DNA of 64,000 bases from Octopus vulgaris (taxonomy: Eukaryota), in NCBI GenBank assembly GCA_951406725.2, contig OX597814.1, forward strand, positions 19,530,001-19,594,000, read 5' to 3'. The stretch's first letter is position 1. Each line of letters opens with the position of its first letter. The translations under genes and the position numbers were made by a program. Below are positions 38,938 through 53,662 of this stretch, piece after piece. The notes below the pieces were generated by a model. The model was not told where the DNA came from, did no database searches, and saw only the letters and a list, made by a program, of their open reading frames with translations.

Positions 38938-40534
38938 TGATAGGTTGTTACGTTTTTGTTGTTGTTTTTAGACCTTGATATCGCCATGTTTCTAGATGGA
39001 TTTGTCATGTGATATTATACTGTCACCTTGCTCTTGGTGCTTTTAGCAGAAACTACTTTAATACCCCGAGACCAGATTCCAAACTGAACAGATTTTGCTA
39101 ACTTCATGCATTGCTTTTTAATGCAACAGTTTTTGAGTCGTGGTTTTTTAAAAAATCTAACCATCGCTCTCTTGGGACTCCGTAAATGTCTTAGTGTGTA
39201 CCCTCCTGAAATGACTGTGCGTTAATGGAATTTTAACATTGGCTCGAAGCCCAGATTGTTTTTGGTGGCTGTTAAGATCGAGCGTGCATTAAATCTAGCC
39301 TTGTAGTTGTCTTGTAAAAGGGTAACAGTTAAGTCGATCCTGGAGGAAAACAAACACAAAGTGCAAAGGGACGTAACTAATACTACAGGGCGTTCTGTCC
39401 TACGTTCTATCGCGTCTGCTCTTTTACTGCCTTAGTCAATACCAGTAGTTTGTTGATTAAACGAAAGCTAAAATGTCCGGTAAATATTACTGATTCACTG
39501 AAGACTTTGCCATCGTTCGGTGTGTCAAGAGCAAATCGGGTTAGTAGAAAGCATCCCTCCTTTTCCATGTTCTTTTACTTCCGCCGGAAATTGCGGTTAC
39601 GAGTCGGAAGAGAGACGGAATTGTTTGTTCAGTTGGGAAATAGAAAAAAAAAAAAAAAGAAGGAACTATAAAAGCCTGCTTCGCAGACATAACTTGATTA
39701 ACGGCTTAACCAACGCTTCATGGATGATCGCACACACCGTATTACTGGTATGTATATTTTATCGTCCTCAGGGATATAATGAAGTTGACGCCCATTGGAT
39801 TTGACTAAACTAGAAAACACGACCAACGAAATGAAACACTGTTAAGCTTTCAGTGCTATGCCTTACAACACCAGGCCTCTTTCATCCCGTCAAATGTCAC
39901 ATGCTTATGAAACTGCCTTCACCCATCAAACATGAAAACTATTCACAACATATTACTTCAACAATGGACACAAAAAGAGGGACTTTTCATTCCTGTTTGA
40001 ACACATTTCACACCCACTTCGTTTGGTTAAGCTCTTTTCAATATTTTCCTTTATTTCCTTCGTTCATTGTCTTCCTCTCCCCCCCCCCCCCAACCCCCAA
40101 CCACCCTCTGTCTCTCACTCACTCTCTCTCTCTCTCTCTTCCTCCCCTTCTTTTTGTTTCCCCTCTTCTTCTTTCTCTCTCCGTTCCTCTTTCTCGGTTT
40201 TATAATCCTTTCATGCTTTCTATTCTCCTACTGTTTATTTAGCTTTCTTTTGTGTTCGGCGTTCAGGCGAAGTATTCTCTTCTCTTTCGCACAATGGAAC
40301 CGTGGTGCAAGGAAGGGACTTGACAATTGGTACGTCCCTGTTTTGACATTTCCCGATAAGAAACCAGTGTAGTGGAACCAGTGTGAGGGCAGCTAAAGAG
40401 AAAATAAACAAAACCAACAGCAATAACGACAACAAAAACAATGACAATAACAACAAACTGAGACAACAATAACCACAACAACAACAATAATACACGTTTT
40501 TAACAACTATAATTATCAGTCAATATATTGCAGC

Positions 40535-41640
40535 GATGGCTGAGGGTGGCGGCTGCAGGAGCGTTAAGTGAAATGGCGGCGGTGGCAGTGGTAGCGAGGA
40601 CAGCAGAGGTGGCGGAGGCAGCGGAACGACGAAGGTGGTGGTGTTGATGGTGCTGCTGCTGGTGGTGGTGGTTGACGGTGCTAGTGGTAGAGCGGGATAA
40701 TAAAGTATGCGTAGTATTGGCTGGAGGTGGGGGGTATTTATGGTAGTGATGCTTATGGTGGTGTTGGGGGATCGCCGTTGATAGAGGTGAAGAGAGGACG
40801 TTGGTGGTGGTGGCGGCGGCAGTGGTGGTGGTGGTGGTTGTGGTGGTGGTGATGGTGGTGGTGGTGGTTGTGGTGGTGGTGGTGGTGTTGGTGGTTGCAG
40901 GCAGTGTAGGAGTAAGAGTATGTTGGTAGTGGTACTGATGGTAGTGGTAGCTTGAGTGGTGGTAGCGCGTGGTGTTTAGGTGTTGGCGGTGGTGTTTGAG
41001 GTAATGTGGGAGGTGGTGGTTTCGATGAGTGGTGATTGGGTTGGTGGTGATGATGATGATGCTAGTGTAAACGTGGTGGGCGTGGTGAGCATGACTGTGT
41101 TCTTAAAGATAGTAATGGTGGTAGCGGTGGCGGCGGTGGCGGCGGCGGCGGTGATAGTGATGGTAGTGGTAGTAGTGGTGATGGTAATGCTGGGTTTTAG
41201 AAGAGATAGAGTTGTGATAACTGAGGTCGGGGGGGTGAGCACGTTGTTGTCGTTGGTGGTGGTGGTGGTTGGGGTTGTGGTGGTGGTGGTGGTGGTGGTA
41301 GTGGTGGTGATTGTTTGCGTCGTCGTCGTCGTCGTGCTGCTGCTGCTGCTGCTGCCGCTGCTGCTACCGATGCCGTTGTTACTACAGAAGGTGGTGTTGA
41401 TAGTCTTAGTAGTGTTGGTGGATTGATTCCTACTCTTGATATTGATGGTGCGGATGGGCCTAATGGTGTTGGTGGTTGTGATGGTAGTGGTAATAGGGTT
41501 GATGTTTATAACTATGATGATGGTAGTGATGCTGGAGGTGGTGGTGGTGGTGGTGGTGGTGGTGGCAATGTTATTGTTATTGACAGTAATGGCGGTGGTG
41601 GTGGTGGTGGTGCTGCTGCTGCTGCTGGTGTTCTCGGAAT
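40535..41640. repeat. Degenerate (GGT)/(GGC)/(GCT) low-complexity tract
   Basis: direct; stop codons in all frames over the whole length. Confidence 0.85.
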
Positions 41641-41677
41641 GGTGGAGTGACGTTGGTGTTATTATTTGTTTGTGTTT

Positions 41678-42590
41678 AATGGCGGCGAGCTGGCAGAATC
41701 ATTAGCACGCCGGGCGAAATGCTTTGCTGTATTTCGTCTGCCGTTAAATTCTGAGTTCAAATTCCGCCGAGGTCGACTTTGCCTTTCATCATTTCGGGGT
41801 CGATAAATTAAGTACGAGTTACGCACTGGGGTCGATATAATCGACTTAATCCGTTTGTCTATCTTTGTTTGTCCTCTCTGTGTTTAGCCCCTTGTGAGTA
41901 GTAAAGAAATAGGTATTTCGTCTGCCGTTACGTTCTGAGTTTAAATTCCGCCGAGGTCGACTTTGCCTTTCATCATTTCAGAGTCGATAAATTAAGTACC
42001 AGTTACGCACTGGGGTCGATATAATCGACTTAATCCGTTTGTCTATCTTTGTTTGTCCTCTCTGTGTTTAGCCCCTTGTGAGTAGTAAAGAAATAGGTAT
42101 TTCGTCTGCCGTTACGTTCTGAGGTCAAATTCCGCCGAGGTCGACTTTGCCTTTCATCCTTTCGGTGTCGATAAATTAAGTACCAGTTACGCAATGGGGT
42201 CGGTATAATCGACTTAATCCGTTTGTCTGTCCTTGTTTGTCCTTTCTGTGTGTAGCCCCTTGTGGGAAGTAAAGAAATAGGTATTTCGTCTGCCGTTACG
42301 TTCTGAGTTTAAATTCCGCCGAGGTCGACTTTGCCTTTCATCCTCAGGATCGATAAATTAAGTACGAGTTACGCACTGAAGTCGAAATAATCGACTCAAT
42401 CCCTTTGTCTGTCCTTGTTTGTCCCCTCTATGTTTAGTCCCTTGTGGGCAATAAAGAAATAAGAATCGTTAAGACACCGGACAGAACACTTAGAGGCATT
42501 TATTCCGTTTTTTTCATTCGGTGTTCAAATTCCACCTAGATCGAAATTACCTTTCATCCTATTGTAATCGATGAAATAAGTACCAGTCAA
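41678..42590 (+). mobile_element. SINE family C tetrameric concatemer (184-bp period) followed by an older C-like copy
   Basis: GGTATTTCG junctions at 41912, 42096 and 42280; AAGAAATAAGAATCG junction near 42460. Confidence 0.92.
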
Positions 42591-42837
42591 GGTGGTATTG
42601 GTCGTAGCGGTGGTAGCATTGGTTGTAGTTCTTGTAGCTGTGGTTGTTGTATTTGTGGAGGTGGTGGTATTCTATTAAAAGATGTTGGGTCTCAGAATCA
42701 AGAAAACAACAGTACACGACGAAAACAAAAGGACCAAGAACCAATCTTTGGTTAATATCCTAAATAGTAAAGGTAACATATCTACTGATTGTTACTGTAG
42801 CAAATGATGGCTTTAATATGTCTGTTTATCTGTATTT

Positions 42838-43380
42838 ACTAGATTAAAAGCTGCGTACTTTTAAGCTGGATCCTGCGGAGGAATAATCGGACCTGTCACC
42901 CAAAACTAAAAGGAGCTAAATAGCATAACTATAAAATATCTATAACGACTATTTGCCCGGTGGTGTGTTTGATCAGAGGCTAAGGGCGGATGAGAATTAA
43001 TTCTGCAATGCAATCATTCTATTGTTCCAGTCTCAAGTTGAATTCCAGCTATTGACCAATTTGTCCCAAAGTTTTTATCTCCACGTAAAATTAACGAAGC
43101 GAATGTTATTTATCTCCCCCTTAATCTCTGACGTCATCTAACAAACGTCACCATGATGGCGTGGATCAGCCAAGCTTTATCTGCTGGAAATAACAATCCA
43201 AATGCTTTTAAATCAGATCCCAATGCTGGATGTTCAAAAACCAAATGTCGGGCAAATTTTCAATCCCGCGATCATCGGATTCCAAAAAGGTATATGTCTA
43301 ATGTAGAGCATAGTCTATGTAGGCTAAAATACAGGGGTCCCAGGAGGATAGACAGAATTTCGCTTTTATTATAATAGATA
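42838..43380 (+). mobile_element. Possible non-autonomous Helitron-like element
   Basis: Starts ACTAG; ends GATAGACAGAATTTCGCTTTTATTATAATAGAT. Confidence 0.35.
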
Positions 43381-43394
43381 TCAGCATATAAGCT

Positions 43395-43617
43395 TTAGGC
43401 GGCGAGGTGACAGAAGCGTTAACACACCATGGCAAAACCGTTAGCTTCGTGGTATTTCGTCCGCCTTACGTTTTTAGTTCACAATCAGTCAAGGGTGACT
43501 TTGCCTTTCATCCTTTTGGAGTCACTACAATAAATAGCATTTGAGCACCGGGGTCAATGTAATCGACTTACCACCTCCCCAAAAATTGGTGGTCTTGTGT
43601 CAAAAATTGAGACCAAT
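43395..43617 (+). mobile_element. Old family C-related SINE
   Basis: GGCGGCGAGGTGACAGAAGCGTT..GACTTTGCCTTTCATCCTTT..GGGGTCAATGTAATCGACT. Confidence 0.75.
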
Positions 43618-43694
43618 ATGTGTGTATAAATATATTTGGAGTATTTCTGCGGTTGTGGAATTGTGTGTTTATGCGTAAAGACGCGTTGTTGATT

Positions 43695-43850
43695 GGGTTT
43701 TGTGACGGCTTCATGAGGATAAGTTTACAGGTTCGATTTCTTGTCAGGGTGGCGCGTTGTAACTTTTGAACAAAGCACCTCATTTCATATTGCTTCGGTG
43801 TAGTCAGCTAAAAATGAGTACCAGCCAAATATTGATGCGGTTTTCTCTCC
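43695..43850 (+). mobile_element. Old CORE-like SINE fragment
   Basis: GGTTCGATT B box, TTGAACAAAGCACCTCATTTC..CAGCTAAAAATGAGTACC. Confidence 0.55.
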
Positions 43851-44705
43851 CGCTGGCATCACATCCTGAATGATCCGCTTCCACTGGGTTGGTCAAGGAT
43901 GGAAGAACCGGGAAGGTGTGTATGGCGATTCACGGTGACATAAGAATCTAAAACAAAAAGCAAAAGTATGACCTGTAACCAAATCACCCTCGATTCAAAA
44001 AGACGGCTGTAGTCGTTCCTTTTTTTTTTTTTTACGTATGCATGTATTTATGCATGTATATATTTTGTTGTATATATCTGTGTTTGTGTATTTGTATGTA
44101 TACTTAGATACTTAGATACAAAGATAAATTTCGACCAGAAATAACCCAGGCTATGTCCAACTTAATAGCACCACCAGGAAAAGACATTTCAAGATGTTTC
44201 ATATTAATCATTCTTTGGACACCATAGCCCATTCGAGTAGAGAGTTATTATTTGCAGAGATATATATCCTGGAATCGATGGTTTATCTGAAATTCGTTGA
44301 AGGTATTCGTTAGAGATCGTTTAAATATTAGGGGATCTTTTTCTTCCCTTAGGTTTCTTGGTATATGTATATGTTTGAATGCATGTGTTTTTGCCTGCGC
44401 TCGAGCATGTGTGTGAACGTCTGTATTCGTGTCTATAGAAATGAACATTTGTCTTATGAATGCCTAATGCATAGACCACTTTATGTCTATACACACACGT
44501 GTTGACTTATTACATCTATATGTATTTGTTTATATATAATTCTGCCATGCTGGCCTGTCATATAAATCCATCATAATAGGTCTGTCACAATAGTCTGTTA
44601 GGCAGAACCACGTATGCCTGTCTCTTATATGCATACTTCAATGCTCATAAGCGGCCTCTTCATTTTTTTCATTTTAAAAAAATGCTGACACTTCTACACT
44701 CTGTG

Positions 44706-44784
<79 letters not shown>

Positions 44785-45145
44785 TGGGTCTCGGCTGTCT
44801 ACATGTCTAACTGCTTGCCTTTCTGTCTATCATTATGATACATGCTTGTATTTGTGCGTGTGTTTGTGTGTATGTGGTATGTGTCTGTGAGTGTATGTGT
44901 GTGTGTGTGAGTGTATGTGTGTGTGTGTGAGAGAGAAAGAGAGAGTGTGTGTGTGGGTATGGGTGAGACTTTATGCCTGGTTGAGTACCAATACTAGCGT
45001 GGTAGTAAATGAAAACATGATCGAACGTTTTTTGTTTGAGGAGAGAAAGGGAGAGGGAGAGAGGAAGACCAAGAAGAGAAAGTGTGAGCAGTTAAGGGTG
45101 AGAGTCAACAACTGTGAGAAGGAATGAATAATTCAGAGATAGGAC

Positions 45146-45219
<74 letters not shown>

Positions 45220-46559
45220 GATGGATGGATGGATGGATGGATGGATGGATGGATGGATGGATGGACGGACGGACGGACAGATTGATAGACAGAGCAGTTG
45301 AGAGAGAAGGAGAGGAAGAATTTAGGAGAGAATAATTGAGAGGGAGCGAGTGATTGAGAGATTTTATTGAGAGAGGGGGAGAGAATAATAATTGAGAGAC
45401 AATGAGTAATTAATAGAGTAATTGAGAGGGGTCATGAGTATTTGAGAACAATTGAGTGCAGGAATAATTGAGAGCGTGTGAGTAATTGAGAAAAGGGCCA
45501 ACAGAAAAGGAGATACTGGAGAGAGAAAGAGCGAGAGCAACTGAGAGAGGGAGAGAGATGAAACTAGATGCAATACGAAATGAATCGATGTATCCATAGT
45601 TTGATTAACGTGCTAGAAATAGCTACAAATCTGCCTCAAATTACATCTTAATCTCTTTAATACAATGAAGAACTCGTTAGGTAATGTAGATCTGGTTAAA
45701 TATTATATGTTTTAAATGAATCGTCGCGATTGGAACGTCGTATATCAAAGAAATAATGAATAATCTGCCACGGCTGAAATATGATTTTAAACAAATATAA
45801 TAACCAATAGCGATGACAGCAGCAAAAGCATCGCTTAAACAAAGCAATGAGGACGTCTTTTTGTGATCACTAGGTTTGCTAAAAATAGCAGCCAAAATTT
45901 CCTCAAATTATCATGGATAAAAGAACGACATGTTGGATAATGTGGCCATAAATACTCTTAAAGAGGTGGTATGGTCGTGCCTGGAATGTTTATCGTCATT
46001 GATCGACTCAATCAGCAATGAACAACAATGGTAACAACAACGATAACAACGCTCGAACTTCAACGGCAATGGCTTAAGAGCTGAAAACAGAGAGGGGCGA
46101 TGAGAGAAGACACCCTTCACCGACCAAGCGTGTAATGAAAACGGTTTCGACTGGTGGCCTTTAGTCAGACTAAATGATGACTTATGCATTGAAGGAATCC
46201 AGCCTCTGAAATTAGAAGTGAAATTGGTAGTCCTGAGTACAGCTACCAAATATCGGCAATTAATGTAGCTTAAAGTCCCATTGCTTATTGTGATCATTCG
46301 TCTTTTGGTTTCCTTTTACAGACCCAATGAACATACATATATTTCCTATTTCAAAGAAATTCGAACAATACATATAAGACCCAAGTTAAAAAGATTCTCA
46401 AGAATTGAAAATTCTCTGGTTGACATTAAGACATCCACCCCAATAGAGGCCTTAACACCCACATTTTAGAGCTCCATAACCTCCATTTTTCAGGAGCAAA
46501 TTCCTTTTAATAGGTTCCAAAAGACTGGAATTTTGGAATCTGCGCATAAAGATCATTAA

Positions 46560-46746
46560 CGTGGGATACAGGTGTCATGATTAGAATTTTTTTAGGGTGT
46601 GTAAAGAGAGAAAGAACCCTCATCTGCAATTTTGATTAAATTCGAATCATAGGTATTCCAGTTCATTAGAGAAAATGAAGATATATAACAGAACAGTCTA
46701 ATTCTTGAATTGCATTTAACACGGGCAACGCCGGGTATCTCTGCTA

Positions 46747-46748
<2 letters not shown>
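46560..46748 (-). mobile_element. 5' part of a Helitron-like element
   Basis: Minus strand ACTAGCAGAGATACCCGGCGTTGCCCGTG; left boundary uncertain. Confidence 0.5.
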
Positions 46749-46818
<70 letters not shown>

Positions 46819-46904
46819 TGTCCTGTACTAATATATGCGTGTATATGTACATGTAGAGGTAGGTACGTACATATATGTTTATATATATGCGTATGTTTTA
46901 TTTC

Positions 46905-46967
<63 letters not shown>

Positions 46968-48116
46968 CATACATACATATATATAATCTATGTACCTATC
47001 TTTCTATCTATTTGTCCGTCTATATAAGCGTGTGTGTATGAGTATGTGTGTGTCAAAATGTGCGTATATGTATATCACAACCATATATAAATACGTTCCT
47101 GTGAGATTTGTTACTATATACATCAGCGACCGAGTGCCCCCGTGATCATACATCCCACTGTACGTTGGTGTATACGTCAGTGAATGCATAAATTACTCCA
47201 TATGCCTATATATGTATGTATGTATGCATGCACGGACGTACCATATCTCAGAGTGTTTCGTACACGCGGCTATACAAAATAATGTATGTGTATGTATATA
47301 CTTGCTTGCGTATGTATGTGTTTACATGTATACTATTTGCATACATGCGATTATGCGTTCATATATGTACGAGTAAAACTTCTCATTTATGTGTGCTATA
47401 TGTATATGTGTGAATATGTACACATATGTATGTAATGCATATATGTATGTATACATAATTGTGTATGTATCTGCATGCGTATATGAATGTATATGTGTGT
47501 ATAAGACCCAACCCTCGTCTGCAATATATGCGTGTATATAGTGTTTATGTATATGTGTGTACATGTATATGTATTTATGAGTGTGTGCATGGGTGAGGGT
47601 GCATGAGTGTGGGCGTTAATGTGTGTGAATGCGGTGCATTATATCTCTGCGAAAATATATATGGGTGTATGTTTGTGTGTGTGTGTGTGTGTGTATGTAT
47701 TGTTTGTTTGCATGTATGTATGTGTGTGTATAAATGCCATAAATCCCTGTGCTCCATATGTATGTTAATGTGTGTATATTTGTTTCTCCATGAGAATGAG
47801 AGTGTGTGTGTGTACGCGCGCTCTTGCGTGTACCAGTATGTATGTGTGCTCGCTCACGAATGCCTATGTATGTGTGCGTGCGTACGTGTGTGTGTGTGTG
47901 TGTGTGTGTAGATGGGTGTGTTTGCGTATATGTGTGCGCGTGTTTTGGTCTGTGTGTATGTGTGTATATGCACGTGCGTATGTGTACATGTCCATATGTG
48001 TGTGTGGGGGTGGTTGTATATGCAGGTATGTGTACATATGTATGCGTGTATGTGTATGTGTATGCACGTGTGCTTCAGTGTGTGTGAGTATTTTCGTAGC
48101 TGTGTGTGTGTGTGTA

Positions 48117-48156
<40 letters not shown>

Positions 48157-48433
48157 TGTGTGCGTGTGTGTATACGCGTGTGAATGTCTGAGATATCTTT
48201 CATTTTGCAAATTAAATTTTATGTCCATAACAGCTGATGTCCATCTTGGAGACTGATTTTTTTTCATTGGCTTTTCAGAGTTTTTTTATTATTACTATTT
48301 TTATTTTTTAACGGAGGGAGTTAGGTATGGGTTGGTAAAAATGTCTAAAGCTAAACTGGATTGACTATAGTGACTGCACGACATTATAATGCTCGACAGG
48401 AACATAGTACTCAAAATATGCAGTTCTACTACG

Positions 48434-49533
<1,100 letters not shown>

Positions 49534-49633
49534 TCGTATACGCGATATGAGATGCTTTTTTTTCTTTTTTTTTTCATCTCAGTGTCAGAACCAACCACAT
49601 ATAATCCCACAGCTACGAAAATGCATGCATAGA

Positions 49634-49720
<87 letters not shown>

Positions 49721-49918
49721 CTGCCTATACAAGCAACCACACACATATGCACATGCACACATAACGCACCTGCATATACACACATACATACTCACTAGGA
49801 ATGTACTTGTGTTTATGTGGTGTGGGTATGCATAAATACGTATGTATATGTGTGTGTGTGTGAGTGGAAGCAATTGTGTGTATATGTGTATATGCATATA
49901 AGAGTATAAACACACATA

Positions 49919-49963
<45 letters not shown>

Positions 49964-49983
49964 GTGTGTGTATCTATATATAT

Positions 49984-50045
<62 letters not shown>

Positions 50046-50314
50046 ACTATCACATACATACTATCATATGTACAGAGATGCTGAGATGCTTGTATGAGCC
50101 TTGAGGCACATTCATATACACAGTGATAAACCTAACATGTGCTCCTGCATATTTTTTCTTCCTTTTCTTCTTTTCGTTTGGATGAAAGCATTGGGACTAC
50201 GGCCTTCACACAGAAACACCCACGCACACACATGCACACACACACACACTCACAACCACTTCGCTCCGAAACCAATGCGATCGGTACTGTCAATGACCTC
50301 TTATACAGTTTCCA

Positions 50315-50697
50315 GGAGGCGCAATGGCCCAGTGGTTAGGGCAGCGGACTCGCGGTCATAGGATCGCGGTTTCGATTCCCAGACCGGGCGTTGTGAGTGT
50401 TTATTGAGCGAAAACACCTAAAGCTCCACGAGGCTCCGGCAGGGGATGGTGGTGATCCCTGCTGTAATCTTTCACCACAACCTTCTCTCACTCTTACTTC
50501 CTGTTTCTGTTGTACCTGTATTTCAAAGGGCCGGCCTTGTCACTCTCCGTGTCACGCTGAATATCCCCGAGAACTACGTTAAAGGTACCTGTGTCTGTGG
50601 AGTGCTCAGCCACTTACACGTTTATTTCACGAGCAGGCTGTTCCGTTGATCGGATCAACCGGAACCCTCGTCGTCGTAACCGACGGAGTGCTTCCAC
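50315..50697 (+). mobile_element. SINE family A, full length, 12-bp TSD
   Basis: ATACAGTTTCCA at 50303-50314 and 50698-50709. Confidence 0.93.
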
Positions 50698-50811
50698 ATA
50701 CAGTTTCCAACTGACGGCCGCGGAAAGATTTGCTCCTGGAATAAAAGTATTTTGTCGCTGATGTTTTGTAAACGAAAGCCGAGGCATAGCAGTTCATGCG
50801 TCACTATGGAA

Positions 50812-51115
50812 ATGGACATAATATGGATAACTAGAATAGGCTAAAATCCTGTGTTTCATTGTAGGTGCAAAATGCTTTACGAATATATCTTCGATTTTCG
50901 ACCTGCAGAATTATATCGGTTTAAATAACAATACTTTTAAAGTTAGTTATACTTAGCATGTCTACTCCTTCAGACACATAGATGAATTTAATGCAGCATT
51001 GAAGAAAAATATCCCAGTAATACGAATCCCGTATTTTAGGAACGTGTAGGACTAGTTTATCCAATGAGTCCATTCGTATGTATGTATTAATTATGGTTTC
51101 TACGGACAAAAATAA
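50812..51115 (+). pseudogene. Second decayed Penelope-like ORF fragment followed by a decayed hammerhead
   Basis: DIIW, VGAKCF and LNNNTFKVSYT in order; CCAATGA-GTCC..GGAC-AAAA at 51061-51111. Confidence 0.5.
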
Positions 51116-51384
51116 CGAAGATCTTCGTTCCTTTACTTTCCTTTGCTTTCTTTTCGTTCCAATTTTTGCATCGACCTTCTTCACATTTTATCATTTCTCA
51201 TTTTTTTCTCATGTTTTCACATAGTCCAGCGTCCTGATTTTAAATACATCTGACCTATGGACTGAGCTTAAACGCTTCTTTGGAGACACATGGCATGTTT
51301 TACAAATCTACCAATTTAATGCATATTAAAGCATGAGCCTATTAGAATCTCGTTTGTTATCGTGTGTTTTATATGTACACTTGC

Positions 51385-51818
51385 ACTTTACACTTTTACT
51401 TGTTTCAGTTATTTGACTGTGGCCATGCTGGAGCACCGCTTTTAGTCAAGCAAATCGACCCCAGGACTTATTCTTTGTAAGCCTAGTACTTATTCTATCG
51501 GTCTCTTTTGCCGAACCGCTAAGTTACGGGGACGTAAACACACCAGAATATGTTGGGTGGGGGGACAACATAAACACACCAGCCATGTTGGGGGGACAAA
51601 CACAGACACACACACACATATATATATATATACATATACACACATATATATATACGACGGGCTTCTTTCAGTTTCCATCTACCAAATCCACTCACAAGGC
51701 TTTGGTCGGCCCGAAGCTATAGTAGAAGACACTTGCCCAAGGTGCCACGCAGTGAAAATGAACCCGGAACCATGTGGTTGGTAAGCGAGTTACTTACCAC
51801 ACAGTCACTCCTGCGCCT
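51385..51818 (-). mobile_element. SINE family B with small internal duplication
   Basis: TAAACACACCAG..ATGTTGGG..GGGGACAA occurs twice. Confidence 0.9.
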
Positions 51819-51961
51819 AAAAAATTGTAAAATGTTCTGTCGTAATAACCTGAACCTCATTGTTAGGCTTCCCATTTCAAGAAAATCTAGTTGCTCTTTC
51901 AAGCAAGATAGCAGACAACATGGAAGTTCTTTTGTGAGTTCTATCGTTAGTTCATCTAACC

Positions 51962-52215
51962 TAGTGGTTTCTCAATCGGGGTCCATAAGCATCTTGAAGG
52001 CCCGTATAAGATTTTGTAGGTAAAATTTATGTGCAATAAATTGACTATATTACTACTGTCTTCAAAATATTTCAACAATGTTTTTTAAACAATTCCCATT
52101 ATTTAATCATAAAAATACGACAGGACTCTTTTTTAAGACAGAGTGTTTATGAGGGTCCACCCGAGTAAAATAGGGGAAAAGGAGTTCATAGGCAAAAAAA
52201 AAAATGATATCACTG
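51962..52215. mobile_element. hAT (Charlie-like) MITE
   Basis: TAGTGGTTTCTCAA ... ATCACTG; flanks ATCTAACC / GGCTAACC (6/8 match). Confidence 0.7.
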
Positions 52216-52935
52216 GGCTAACCACAGAAGTGTCATGGTAAAAATATAAAATGCTTCAAGAAGTTATTACTTGACATTTAATATCTCAGTCTTATGAAAT
52301 ATCTGTTAAGCTGACCACATATTGTGTGTGTGGGCATGTGTGTGTGGGTGTGTGTGTGGGGGCATGTATGTGTGGGTGTGTGTGTGTGTGTGTGTCTGTG
52401 TGTGTGTACACGCACGCACATTTCATCACCCTGCTGCGTTATCTCTAATAAAGTAGTGTAGTGAAGAACCTTGAAAATGATAAATGACCTCAGTAATTTC
52501 AGCTGTGGTGATAGACTGATCAAGTTAGATCTATTGTGACATATGCTCAGAACATTGCGTGTGTCGTTGGTGCGTTGCGTGTCTCTTTATAAACCTGAGT
52601 GTGTGATTACGCTTGTATATATGCGTGTGTATGTGGGGTGTGTATGCTTGTATGTGTATGTGTGTTAGAAAAAAGAATGCACATTTTATGCGCATATGGG
52701 TGGGTGTGTGTATGTGTATTTATTGATTTTAGAATATCTTTCTATGTGTACTATATATGCATATATGAATACATCTGGGTATATGTACATGCATCTATGT
52801 GTAAGGGAGACAGCGCATGCGTGAGTATATGCTTGTGTGTGTGTGTGTGTGTATGTGTCAGATATGTGTATTTGTGTTCGTTATTGTTGCTGTCGTTGTT
52901 GTTGATGATGATGACGATGATAATGAACATGAATA

Positions 52936-53662
52936 TGATGAGGCTTCACACACGTCGATGTCTTTCGGTTCCAGACCTTTTAAGGTCTAGCCACTGACCA
53001 CACATAGCACACAACCAGTTCCAACGACAACACAACAGCAGCCACATGGTGACTTATCAACTCTCTTCCAACAGCATACGGCAATCTCTTTCATCGTCGC
53101 CTCCATCTTCTTAACGTCGTCAACATCGTCTCTCTACGTACACAGCAACAGCTCACACAGGTTCTATCCCAACACTGTTTGTGAATTACTTCACCATAGT
53201 TAACAGCAAATACAACCTGCGAGGACTTATGTAAAAGTGACCGGCTCTGCATCGTAGCCACGGCTTCATGTATGAAATGTGCCTCAACCAGCTCTGCATT
53301 GCAGCCACAACTTCTTGTTACAGCACCTCAATTATCGTGTACCTTGACTACGAACTGATATTTATCATCCTTGTGTCTGAACATTCTTCTAACGTCATAT
53401 TATAGACTCTTTCAATGCTCTGTACTTAATGCACACACATACACTTTGTATACATGACGACTTGTCTATTATTATGTATATATGACGCGTACACACGCAT
53501 GTTAACCTATCAATAAAATCTTATCTTAAACATTCTACCCGGTTGTGTCTCTCTTTTCCTTCTGGCACTTACACTCATTTATCCTTTTTATATTTATTGT
53601 ATCGACCGTGTGATGTGCAAAGGAGCCATTCTCGGTATCTCTCCTTCGCACGGTCATTTACA
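52936..53662 (+). mobile_element. Possible solo LTR
   Basis: TG start, TTACA end, AATAAA ~150 bp before the end, internal ~32-bp direct repeat; no perfect TSD. Confidence 0.35.

Noticed and set aside
39330-39810. Complex sequence with short ORFs
   Set aside because: No recognisable protein motif, termini or exon boundaries.
41678-42462. Regularly spaced repeats suggesting CRISPR
   Set aside because: Whole 184-bp units repeat with no unique spacers; eukaryotic SINE concatemer, no cas genes.
50315-50390. tRNA gene-like sequence (also in other A and B heads)
   Set aside because: Has A/B boxes but no complete acceptor stem, and always continues into a SINE body.
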